Positions 27,722 to 39,817 of a DNA stretch of 64,000 nucleotides are shown here, piece after piece. Source of the stretch: Trichoplax sp. H2 (lineage: Eukaryota). The stretch lies in assembly GCA_003344405.1 (NCBI GenBank), contig NOWV01000012.1, forward strand, positions 310,001 through 374,000, read 5' to 3'. The translations under genes were made by a program, and so were the position numbers. How positions within the stretch are numbered: the first letter of the stretch is position 1; every line of letters starts with the position of its first letter. The notes beneath the pieces are model-generated. The model searched no databases. It worked only from the letters and a program-made list of their open reading frames with translations, and was not told the origin of the DNA.

Positions 27722-29078
27722 TACAGTAATGTACAGTAATTAATTCATTACTAACCCTAACTATCACGGCCTACAATGACGTCTCAACTGTGCGCTGGAC
27801 TAACAACATCATTCGGCTTACAAAAATACTACTTCGGTATGTCTGTCAGGGACTACTCAAGAACAAATTTTACCTCTCAACTCCTTCTCCACATTCCCCG
27901 CTGTTCCCAACTACAGTACAGTACAGTATTACATGCTGTAATATTGAAAGGGGTCTGTCTGTATGTCTGTCTGCCCGGCAGACTTATTACTAATTAATTA
28001 TTAGCACTTGATTACGCTTATCCAGTTTTATGAAGTCTGTAGTCTGTACTATGTATAGTACTAGTCTCAATTTGTACCATCTGTACTACAGTATGACTAC
28101 TAGAAGCAGACCTGGACTGATCAGTAATTTTAAATTAAATTAAATTAAATTAATTAATTAAATAAATTAAGAAATATCGAAAAATAGCTACTTAGTATGG
28201 ATCTTTCGTGTCTGTTTTCTAATCACTGGTACCAATTTTAATACCATTTACGATCTTATACGACTGTTTCTAAGCAGAATTTACTCACGGATAATAAGAT
28301 TTAACGTAATATTACTTCATTTCGAAAAATGAGTCTCTATCAAATCGATCGTTTGCATACTAAAGTACTGTCATACCCAAGTGCTTGGAATAATCGTCTA
28401 TCTTGACGAGATGACAAGAATGGGAACTCCCCTCTCTTAGAAGCAGACCATGTTATGCCGCACATACTGTAAGTACTACTAGTAAGTACAGTACAGTATT
28501 GCCCATTACAGTTCAGTACTGGGCAGTCTGGTACATCACAGCCATGGTATATGGACCTCTAGAACGATTACAGTTACTATATATCTGTACTGGATAATAA
28601 TTTCACTTCACTACCGCCATGAACGTCTTGTTCAATGTTCATTTACCTGTACTTGCAGATTTCAGGTAGAAATGGCCTACCCTGAGTCCTTCATACAATG
28701 TACTGTACTGTACACTGTACAGTACTGTACATCAGTAATACTACACCTACAGTACAGTACAGTATTGTACAAGACACTACTGGAAGACCGCTGACTACAC
28801 TAGTAAAATTCTCAAATTTCAGTTGTCCATGCTACAGTACTACTGTACCGTACACTGTACTGTACAGTACACTTATTAGGCTACAACCAAATATAGAATT
28901 TATCTAGTTTGGGCCTGATTTAGCCTATACAATTATATGTTTTCGGGGTGCCATCGAAAATAATCACACTTGTACTGTACAGTGTACAGTACATTAGGCC
29001 CAGCCATTCTATTACGTACAGTACTGTATAACCCCGATTACCCAGATACTCAGCGTAAATATACAGTACTCTACTGTA

Positions 29079-29288
29079 CGGTGGCCGAGAAGGGCCACCA
29101 TGTTACAGTAAAAACTTGCTCTACAGCGTGCAAACTTCCTCTACAGTGCGGCGCAGCTACACAGCACACAAACCACCTCCATAGTGCGAAAACCTGCTCC
29201 ACATGTGCAGCTGCGCCGCACTGTGGAGGAAGTTTGTACGCTGTAGAGCATGTTTTTACTGTAACATGTTGGCCCTTCTCGGCCACCG
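29079..29288. mobile_element. 210-bp foldback MITE with ~85-bp inverted arms and TA flanks
   Basis: ta|cggtggccgagaagggccaccatgttacagtaaaaac...gcggcgcagct pairs with agctgcgccgc...gtttttactgtaacatgttggcccttctcggccaccg|ta, with only a few mismatches. Confidence 0.8.
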
Positions 29289-29576
29289 TACTACTGAGTG
29301 TACAGTACAGTACTGTACAGTGTACTGTACATTAATTAATTTCAGAGGTTAACCCGTCAGTTAACCTCTGATCGGCTACTTGTCAAACTTGTCAAATGAT
29401 TTGACTGCATGTTTCATCATTCATTTATTTACAGTACAGTACAGCCAGTACTGTACATTACAGTAAATTGCGTACAGTATACTGTACACTGTACCGTACA
29501 GTATACAGTACTGTACTGTCCGAGAGTCTGGCTCTACAGTACTGCTGTACTCGGTCTCTGCATACAGTTATCAGCG

Positions 29577-31535
29577 ATGGCGTTAATGGCTAGTAAAAGA
29601 ATTCTGTCGTCTTCTACCCGTAACTTTCTAGCATTAACGGAAATTTTACGTTCTCGATCAATGGGAACGAAAGATATTTCATCCAGTTTGAAATTTTCTG
29701 CAATGCTTAATCAGGGCCGCTGTTTCAGTGTCACACCTAGACAATTACAAAACAAGTAAGCGAACTACTTCATGAAGGTGGACAGTACGGTGATCTCAGT
29801 ACTGCATATACTAGTTTAATGAGTCTGCAATTAAGAATTTCATTTAAATTGAATCATATACAAATTTGATTCTTTCGGAATCATTCTATAAATGCAATTG
29901 TCTTATTGTGCTAAAAATGATAGTGATGTGATGATAATACATGCATGTTGTAATCTCTTAGAACTTTACTAATTCTTCGACTACAACTGTGCCATTGAAT
30001 ATTGTACACTAGTCTACAGTACAGTATAAGAATTTTCCTTATAAAACTTCCCCTACCCGCTATTCACATATACCGTACGCAATACTAGCGCGTTAAAGCC
30101 CGAGCTATAGAGTTTATACTGTTGACATCAATTTTGATATGCTACAGACGTATATCACTATTTAGATTAGTTTTTACTGCAATAAGAACTGTACATCACA
30201 CATGTCCCACAATGACTAAAGTCTTTCTGATAAATGTTACTAGACTGTATATCGTTTAGTCCCTTAGAAATGATATGATACAATAACATCTTTAACTTGT
30301 TGATTTATTGTACTTCACATGTTTGTAAGTGATACTAACGGAAAGAGCTGACGTATGACTTCTATTTTCTGCCTTAGGGTTACTATTAATTTTGTTGAGC
30401 GTGATGGTGAAGTAGTCAGTGTCAAAGCTAAACTTGGAGAGACGCTACTCGATGTTGCAAAAGATTACGATATTAGCCTGGAAGGTCTGTTTGCTAATAT
30501 TTGCCATACTTTGCTTAGATCAGAAATACTGTGACACGTACATAGAGGCGTGTTCCTTCTTGATTATAATATTCAGATACACAAATTTGCAAGAACTGAA
30601 TATCTAAATGCAACTATATCTGTTTCTACTTCTTATAATTCTGGCGTGCACACGGTATAGTAGTAAGTGTGATACAATACCAGTTCCATGCTAACTCAAA
30701 TTCTGTACTGGACTCTTGCGTTTGACATAGCTGATTCTGTAATTCTAAATCGATAACGTCAATTTTTATTAGATGGCTATTTACGTAATCCTATTCTATA
30801 ATACCATCATTTACTATTTAACAATGATTAACTAATATAATACCAATATCGAATGACATCATTTAATGGTGCCCTAAATAACAAATCCACAATGTGCGTA
30901 AATTCTACTGTGGAATAGACCTACGTGCTAACCATGGTGCTCATTAATAGTTATGCTACTTGCATAATATTTGATAGGTGCTTGTGAAGGAACTTTAGCG
31001 TGCTCGACATGCCATCTCATTCTTAAACCAGAAATATATGAAACTTTACCTGAACCAACTGATGAAGAATTGGATATGTTGGATTTAGCTTTCGGACTTA
31101 GTGATACGTACGTATTGGATAGCAACAGAAATAGGATAAATTTTAAAACTTACTATGTAATAGTCCATCTTTCATGAAACTAAACCAATGTCTAGCACTT
31201 ATTGCAATGAATAAATAGCCTATATTCACCGATAAGTTTGAAGTTTTAATCATAAAACGCCTAATTTTCTTTGCACCAAGTACAACACATTACCAGTCAG
31301 ACAAGATTGTGTATCAAATTTAAACGATATCATATTTCAACCTATGATACTGTGTATTAACGGTCGTTCTAAAGTATAGTTTTTCTTTTAGTTTATAGCT
31401 CTGATCGCTATCATGGTGAAATAAGTGCTTCATTTATCTTTCAGATCCCGCCTAGGATGTCAAATTACTATTACCCAAGAAATGGATAATATGACAGTAG
31501 AAGTTCCTAAGGAGTCTTACGACGTGCGACAGTAA
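29577..31535 (+). CDS. FDX1: Mitochondrial [2Fe-2S] ferredoxin (adrenodoxin type). Exons 29577-29755, 30378-30484, 30978-31107, 31445-31535
   Basis: An Arg/Ser-rich transit peptide precedes [16 protein letters not shown]...[23 protein letters not shown]...[22 protein letters not shown](F/Y)GL and DNMTV match FDX1 rather than FDX2 (CEASLAC). Confidence 0.93.
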
Positions 31536-33497
31536 AGATTAACTAGTCTTCAGTTGGGCACTGTTACGGCCATAATTGCGCTGTAATTATTTATAGCGAT
31601 AAAAATTAATAGCTGATATAAATTATACGTTTATAAAAAATATACTGGCTAGATTATCACATATTAGCAAAGTAAATGTGATCAGTATTCTGCTTGGATA
31701 AAATCTTGCAACTTCAGATGTTACTTGTTAATTATTTGACATTTTCGACATTGTGAATGCTTGATATCTGCTAAATATTTCTTTCTATACATCTAGATGT
31801 CCGTAGTTACTTAAAATATTTAAAGTTAATGCTATGGTAGTATCTATTTCTAGAGTAACGCCCCTGCTCCTTAGATAGCAATCTACGAATGTTAACTAGA
31901 GCTTAGAACTCATAAAATTTTTAAAAATTTTTATAATCTTATTACAACCGAGTATGTCTGTGAAAAATTAACGTTGTATGCAGTATCTTCGTGAAACAAG
32001 TAAATACCATTTCAATTACTAATTACAATTTGTTCCATCTACATGATAATATAACTGAATAATATATTTCGAATATGGACTTAGGATTGCGTTAATATGA
32101 CAGCAGCCGTGTTTGCTAGTATTCAAGTATAAAAATTTGTAAAATTTTCAACCAACCTCTTAGTATGTGTAATAATTGACTTATCCTGAGGTTTCGATCA
32201 GTGTATGTGCTGTATTTTCTGTAGTACCTATTTCTAGGCGCCTTATTCTTCGCCATAAATTCTATTGAAAATCAACCTACGCCGTCATCACAGCCTTTTC
32301 ATGGAAAATTGTTACCAAACTCCGAAACTTTGATGTCACTCAGTATTTACTTCTGCTCTAAAAATATTTTAAAACCTATTATCACTAAGCAGTTTAGTAA
32401 ACTAAATTGAATTAATTAACAAAACATTTAACAACAGCTTATATTATCATATTGTACTACAATCAGACGTATACATGCACATTGTATGCAAATCAAAGGT
32501 GGTTCATAATATTTCACATACAAATTACAATCAAAGGCATTCGAGTTTGAAGCACTATTAGGGCGACTAGATTTAAGGATACCATCACTTCAATAAACTC
32601 GAAATACACACGCTAGTCTAGGCTGTAGAGCAAATTGCTAGCAAAACTCCATTAATTAAGAAGTAATTCTATATACTACACTGTACTGTTCGTCAACTCT
32701 CACATGTACAGTTCTATGTACTGTACATTGTACAATGAAATTCCTGTTCCGCCCTGTTACTGAATCAAGGCTGATACAATTTGTGACTACTTCAATCACT
32801 CAATTTATATGAGGAATCCTTCGTATCGATAGTACAATCAAGATTATATAGGAGTATAGCCTAGTAAACACATGAATACGTGATATAACTAATAAATGAG
32901 TATTTGAGATTGAACTCGTAACTGAGTAGCTTCAAGTAGCCACTTGATTTGATCAATTTCATTTTAAAATTGTCAAACTAGCCAGCACTGACAAGCCAGA
33001 TGCAGACTAACCCTTTACGACGCCATTAATTCTTTTTTTACGGTAAAAGCGATACTGTTTCATGTTAAACATTTATTATGATAGTTATGTCATAAGTTAC
33101 AGCTTAATAGGTCACTCTGCCAATTGGCATTTAGTGAAATACAATACATAACCAATGATTCATCAATAATTGTTGCCAACTTATCACTATTAACGATCAG
33201 AAAATTAAATTAGCAAATAATTCCACTTCACAGAGTTCAGGAAAACAATAACAGAAGCCAGAATTTTAATTATGAATATTAAGTAAAGTCAGAAATTATT
33301 CTGATAGTTACATACAATCAGTAATAAAATGCATAACCTTATGATAAGAAAGAAAGCCGTAATTGAGATTATAGTAATCAAGAGCAACGTAAGTTCTAGT
33401 CAACTATTAAATTATGATCGTGTGAATTATGCCAAGTTATAGGTAACCCAGCATGTGGTGAACGTAGCGCCATACATGCATTACATGGATTATTAGG

Positions 33498-36400
33498 TTA
33501 AGCGATAACGACTTCTTCGAAGGCTTGCTTTACTTCTGGCTTATTTTCTAATTTTTCGGGCTTTTCGGGCTTTTCTGGTTTTTCAGATTGTTCCATATTT
33601 GGGTTATAAACCAGCTTAACATTATCAACATATGTTTGCTCGGCAGAGCGGCTACTGCTTGATCGACAACATAATTTATATAAGCCGAAGAGTATCAGTA
33701 AGGCCAAGAAGCCAGATCCAACATAGATAGCAATACGAGCGGGCATTGGTAATTTTTCAAAAGCACTAACAGCCTCCTCAGGGAAGGTCTCGGGTCTAGA
33801 TTCATGATCTTTGTCTACAAAGAAAGAAAAGTATTATAATAGAAGATGCGACAATAAAATCGAAGTAATGAACTTTGAGCGAAGTGAAATACGGTTAATC
33901 TTTAGCAGACCTCCATTATATGGACGATCGTTTCCAGGATTTCTGTGATGAATCTCACTGTCTTCTGGTTTCTTATCATGGAGTCTATAATAAACAAATT
34001 TATTTCCACGACATCCCAATTCCAAGATCATTTCCTTAATATTAATCTGAGTAACCTATGATAATTAATTAGTAAAATTGGAAATTAGCGTTCCTCCCGA
34101 CAGTATCACTTGCGAAATAAGTTAGCAAAACTGAAATTAGTACAATTGCAGTATAAATAAAAAGCAGAAAAAGTTATCGATTCCTTATTGCTATGGCATT
34201 GTTCAACCATCAATCGTCAAGCGAGTACAGTATTGACGATTTCAAATAATTATATCCATTGCAATATATCGTACCTTATTTCCATCAACCGATATGATTT
34301 GCTGTTCTAAGAATAATCGGCTGCTCTTCTTCCAGCCTTGCCTATAGTAACGTCTATTGGCCAAGACTCGCACCAAAACTGGAACACGACGCTTATTTAT
34401 CTCATTTTTCTGCGGGTTAATATCAACTATGAAACAAAGTACAAACTATTAACATATTTTACGACAGTCAAATAAGCACTTAACACAATAGCACTACAGA
34501 GTACTGTTTATAAAATTTCACCTTTTAAGTAGGCGCTAAATGAGGTATAATCAATAGCTAACTTGATATTATAGTGATTTTACTTTAGCGATACCTTTGA
34601 CGGTAGTAAATGCGACTGTATAGCACATGAAGTATTGTATCACTGCCACACACGATTAAATTGTCTCGAAAGTATCACATATTACAGTATGTAATATTAT
34701 CTAAATCTGGCTTCACTCAAATACGGTACTCTATTTCTATTTTTAATTATATTTATATCTATTTAGTCCTAATTCTGATTATTGTTATCTATGAGTGGTC
34801 AGAGAGCACTACTTGTCATTGGAGATAACTTACCAACAGTAGCTGGAGTTTGAAAAGACATTACAGTCGATGTTTGGATAGGTATTCCATTAACTGAAAT
34901 TCTTCCATCTTTGTAAACGATCTTTAAATCAACCTAAATCCAGGAACATCAGAAATATCATGCAATACCTACATATATGAGTTATTTATATTAATTTTAA
35001 TTAAAAAGTAATTACTAGTACAATTCAAGTTTATACTATTGCAGTAACGCTATAGCATACACATCATGCTCCGTTCGCTATATCGTTACCATTGTAAAAC
35101 TATTTCATCACTACATCGGAAGCAACGGCTAAGCATAGCTGATCATATTCTAATACTGGAATAAGCTTTACGCGTACATAACACATATACAACTTTTTAA
35201 TGCAGTACAACCGACAGAGTCGACTGAAAAAGAAGCAGATTTTAGTCATTTTTTTATTTTTATTTACCTAGATATTCATCCTCGATCTTAATTAATAATC
35301 TTTAGTAAATACTTTAATATGTATCGTTAAAAAGATAATGTAGATTGATGAAAGAGTTGGTCATCGATATTCGTAGGTGATAACAGGAATTTTAAAATTT
35401 CAAATTTTTCCTACTCTCTTCTCAGCTAAACTCAGATGTTTCGTTCAGGGGAATCAAGTCCCCTGCGCAACGCACAACTTGGGTAATTTGCAAATTTACG
35501 TCTAAAGTACAGTATAATTGTTTTCCTTATACAATATACTGTACTGTACAGTGCAATATAATACCTACTGTAGTATGCAACTACGGCAAGGTTTCAACTT
35601 TGAATTCCAATTTTGGATAATTCAAAGGGTCAAAGATATAAACAGCAAGCGAGCAGACATTAACAAAGGTATCAACAATAAAAAAAAAAACATGAATCTT
35701 TAGCCTCCTAAATCAAACGATAAAAATAAATAATAATACCCAAAATTGTGGACTAAATTGAATCAAACGAAGCCACCAGACTTGTTACTTTTAAATGGTC
35801 GACGACACATATACTGTACAGTAGACTGTTAACTGTAAATTAATTAATAAAATCAATTCAATGCAATCCTGAAGACCATGTGAACTGTACCGTACGGAGC
35901 CATTCGGTAAAGTACCAACCACAGTCAAGCGGATGATAATTATAATATGATAATAAAATACTGTACTGTACTGTCGATTTTTTTTTTTTCTCATTCGATC
36001 TCTTTCGCGTTCAAAGCTAAAATTATAGTATAATTAAACAACTTTTTTTTCAAAGCCACTCTACCAAAGAACAAATTCAAATCTTAGGATCAAACCCGAT
36101 TTCGTATCTTACAGCACATTGACGTAGTTGATATTACTTTATTTGATCATATTGAATCCGTGCACATTGAAGATTATTAAAATAAACTTTGAGCAGTAGA
36201 GTAAACGTATGTTCAAGTTGCGGGATAAAAAACTTTCGCGATATTTTTATCATGTCTAGTGGAAGATTTACTTTCACTCTATCGGTAAATGGATTGGTAC
36301 GAAAAGTAATGATGATTTTTTTACGCGTATATATTGTACTACAGCCAGCCATTGTATCGTCAACATTAGGAAGAAAAAGTAGCTCAGAGCCTCCGATGGA

Positions 36401-36691
36401 TCGTTAGTTCGTTACTCATTTTACATTTAAGATACTGTATAAGAACAGTAATGTTTTTCTGTCATTGCATTGGCTACTATACTGTATTTGTATTCGTTTG
36501 CTTACTTTCATCCATTTCTCATCTTGAATGCCCTTGGAATTTAACTTGACTTGAACTTCTTTAACATCGATTCTCAAGACTTCACCATCACGTCTCATCA
36601 ATTTACCCTTATTATGATATCCATGATACTTGTGAGAAAACACTTGCTGGCAAACTAACGCCAATACCAAGCAAAATAAAATCTTCATCAT
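33498..36691 (-). CDS. Uncharacterised 299-aa single-pass type I membrane protein. Exons 36506-36691, 34834-34933, 34275-34426, 33911-34055, 33498-33814
   Basis: Five phase-compatible GT-AG exons total 900 nt. They encode a signal peptide MMKILFCLVLALVCQQVFS, a beta-rich ectodomain, the TM segment IAIYVGSGFLALLILFGLY, juxtamembrane KLCC and a tail with EKP repeats. Confidence 0.75.
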
Positions 36692-36948
36692 TCCCTTTTC
36701 AATCTTGACTGGGTTGAAAATACGTAAGCATAAACTGAAACAATTTCTGACCAGTGCTTGCCTGTACCACCTATTTAAAGTCTGGTCAAACCTCAATAAT
36801 AATAATAAAACAACAATAACAATACAGAAACATTCGGTAGATAGTTGTACGAGGTACAGTATGCAAATTACCGCCGTCTGCTGATAACAAATAAACACCT
36901 CTAATCAATTGTTGTACGGTACTGTACCACAGTACTTTATCGGCGTAT

Positions 36949-36956
36949 TGACGTCA
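36949..36956. promoter_or_regulatory. CRE palindrome upstream of the orphan membrane-protein gene
   Basis: TGACGTCA lies ~260 bp upstream of ATG 36691; a TATA-like TTTAAATA lies on the minus strand at ~36772-36779. Confidence 0.3.
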
Positions 36957-37292
36957 CTCTACTGCACAATAAGGACTTGAAGTTGATTGGACGAATAGAC
37001 TAGACGATTCAATGACTGTAATGACACTGATTATACATACTGTGCTGTATTGTGTTCACCAATACAGTCGTTTCAATAATTATCTTGCATTCATATCACA
37101 GTTGATTACGTTGCATTAGTAAGCAAACTATTCTCTTATCTTTCCACATTCTGCTAATAATGTAATCGAGTTGTTCCCTGATAGATTAATACTAATTAAT
37201 TCTACTGCAGACAGTATTGATCTTGTATTCATATCGGCCATGTTATTTTAACTTTGCACCATATATAACAATATACAGTCCACTAATACATT

Positions 37293-38071
37293 GTACAGTA
37301 CTGTAGTAGTAGTTGGTCAGTGGAAGATGGAGACGTTGTGAAAATGCTTAAATGCTTTTAGCAGTTCTCTATCCGACTTTACTAGTACAGTGTAGTAGTT
37401 GTTGGTAAGTGGAAGATGGAGACGTTGTGAAAATGCTTAAATGCTTTTAGCAGTTCTCTATCCGACTTTACTAGTACAGTGTAGTAGTTGTTGGTAAGTG
37501 AAAGATGGAGACGTTGTGAAAATGCTTAAATGCTTTTAGCAGTTCTCTATCCGACTTTACTAGTACAGTGTAGTAGTTGTTGGTAAGTGGAAGATGGAGA
37601 CGTGGTCAAAATGCTTAAATGCTTTTAGCAGTTCTCTATCCGACTTTACTAGTACAGTGTAGTAGTTGTTGGTCAGTGGAAGATGGAGACGTGGTCAAAA
37701 TGCTTAAATGCTTTTAGCAGTTCTCTATCCGACTTTACTAGTACAGTGTAGTAGTCGTTGGTCAGTAGACGATGGAGACGTGGTGAAAACGCTTTTAGCG
37801 GTTCTCTATCCGACTTTACTAGTACAGTGCAGTAGTCGTTGGTCAGTGGAAGATGGAGACGTGGTGAAAATGCTTAAATGCTTTTAGCAGTTCTCTATCC
37901 GACTTTACTAGTACAGTGCAGTAGCCGTTGGTCAGTAGACGATGGAGACGTGGTGAAAAAGCTTTTAGCAGTTCTCTATCCGACTTTACTAGTACAGTGC
38001 AGTAGTTGTTGGTCAGTAGACGATGGAGACGTGGTGAAAACCCTTGTAGCTGTTCTCTATCCGACTTTACT
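37293..38071. repeat. Minisatellite, ~9 copies of an 89-bp unit with 81-bp variants
   Basis: The unit ctagtacagtgtagtagttgttggtaagtggaagatggagacgttgtgaaaatgcttaaatgcttttagcagttctctatccgacttta has anchors at 37381, 37470, 37559, 37648, 37737, 37818, 37907, 37988 and 38069. Confidence 0.97.
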
Positions 38072-38351
38072 GTAAGGGTCTCTAGTCATCGACTTCTAAG
38101 AGTATTTTCTACTGTACAACTTCATGATACTGTACTCTACTGTGAAATTCAACAGCCGCGAGAAGGTGAATGGAGAAATTAATATTATTATGATCATTAT
38201 TATTATTAGAATAATAATGATTAAACTAAGAATATCAAGCTTTCAATAGATGAAGTTTTTTTTTGGTGTTGAATTCTATCAAATAGCGTAGGGCTTCCTA
38301 ATTTTATTCTATTAATTTTCCCCTAATTAAATTAAACTCTGCCTATATATT

Positions 38352-38715
38352 CTATGAAATAAAATATCCTTATTTATGTGTTATTTTCCGTAGGGAAATT
38401 GTATCGTTCGCTTCGAAGCAAGCCGGTTGTAGCCTAATTGTTACAATGATACGAAAGTATAGAATCATTTAATTCGGGAATTATGACAATATTAAAATTG
38501 TTAATGTAAATTCGCATCGATCGACATAGAACTATGAAATAAAATATCGTTATTTATGTGTTATTTTCCGTAGGGAAATTGTGTCGTTCGCTTCCAAGCA
38601 AGCCGGTTGTAGCCTAATTATTACAATGATTCTATACCAAAGTATAGAATTCGTTAATTCAGGAATTATGACTAATTAAAATTATTAATGTAAATTCGCA
38701 TCGATCGATATAGAG
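38352..38715. repeat. Two tandem copies of a ~180-bp unit
   Basis: ctatgaaataaaatatc...gtgttattttccgtagggaaattg...cgttcgcttc(g/c)aagcaagccggttgtagcctaatt...aatgtaaattcgcatcgatcga starts at 38352 and again at 38532. Confidence 0.92.
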
Positions 38716-38857
38716 CTACTGTGTATTGTCGTAGTCATAATACTGGCGAGGCTATTTCCAAGGGCCTCAAGGATAGCTAGTTACACACTTCGATACGATA
38801 CCATGACTTCGATTTATACAACCGATGTAACCAATTGATATCAATAGTACCAATATT

Positions 38858-38961
38858 AGGGACTACTAAATCTCTTTCTCCCACCCAAAATGAAACTCAC
38901 TCTATAATTTGGGAGAGAGTGAGCCATTTTCGGAAAAAGAAAGAGAGATTTAGTAGTTCCT
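38858..38961. repeat. ~100-bp imperfect palindrome (small MITE-like element)
   Basis: Outer arms are agggactactaaatctctttc / gaaagagagatttagtagttcct; inner arms are aaaatgaaactcactct / agagtgagccatttt. Confidence 0.75.
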
Positions 38962-39817
38962 GTGGATAGGATCTGCTATCCATGTCCTCGTGAGTCACAG
39001 AAAATGGCCAGATATTGACGCGATATTTGATTAATTCGATATCGTATGAAATAATTAAAAGTGATCTTGGACTTTAAAGTACAGTACTGGAATGGCACAA
39101 GGCATATAAGCAAAGTATCACGAGCGGGACAATCTTCTAATAAATGATAATAAATAATTAGTTTACTATTTCCAGGCCTACCGTAGCTTATAGACAGTAT
39201 TTGTAGACTAATTTTAATCATGTTGTACCAGTCAACGGTACCAGATACATTATGTTGTTCCAAAATACAGTATATTGAGCAGCTCTGCGAAGAAAAATTA
39301 TAATCTGACCTCACTATGTCGACATTTTAGTAAAAAGAGCAAAATAAGCCTGTTTAGCCAACTATAGAGTAAGCTAGCGCTAGCCATTTATGATCGGTGT
39401 CTAGTTATGCCCAAAAGAGTGACAACTGCTACGTGGAATAGTTTAACAATGCACAACAATGTATAAAAGATAGAAAAATCTTACTAGTACACTCGTATAA
39501 ATCTAAATTACAAGAAATAGTGACTAAAGGTCTGCATAATAACTTAATAGTAAGTCAAATCAAAAATTAATATTTCTCGCATTAATAAAACTGATATTAA
39601 CATTAATCTAAACTTTAGGAATTAGATAAACTGTCGTATGACTCCTAAACAAAAATTGCTTTAATTGTATTGCATTGTAACTTATAATCAGTTTAAAAGT
39701 TGCATATGAAGGTTCCACTAATGTTACAACAGTATGCTCCATTTATTCAAGGCTAAACTTTCTGACTTGAACCTAAACTCCAAAAATAACTTTAAGTGAA
39801 ACGAGTAGATACATCGT

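Noticed and set aside
28970-29335. Mirror-image ORFs on both strands (121 aa and 71 aa)
   Set aside because: Artefacts of the foldback element and the TACAGTA repeats.
36134-36407. Overlapping 72-aa ORFs in intron 1 of the membrane-protein gene
   Set aside because: No good in-frame acceptor and no recognisable motif.
37293-38071. CRISPR-like or guide-RNA array
   Set aside because: The units are near-identical along their whole length with no unique spacers, and no nuclease gene is nearby. This is a minisatellite.
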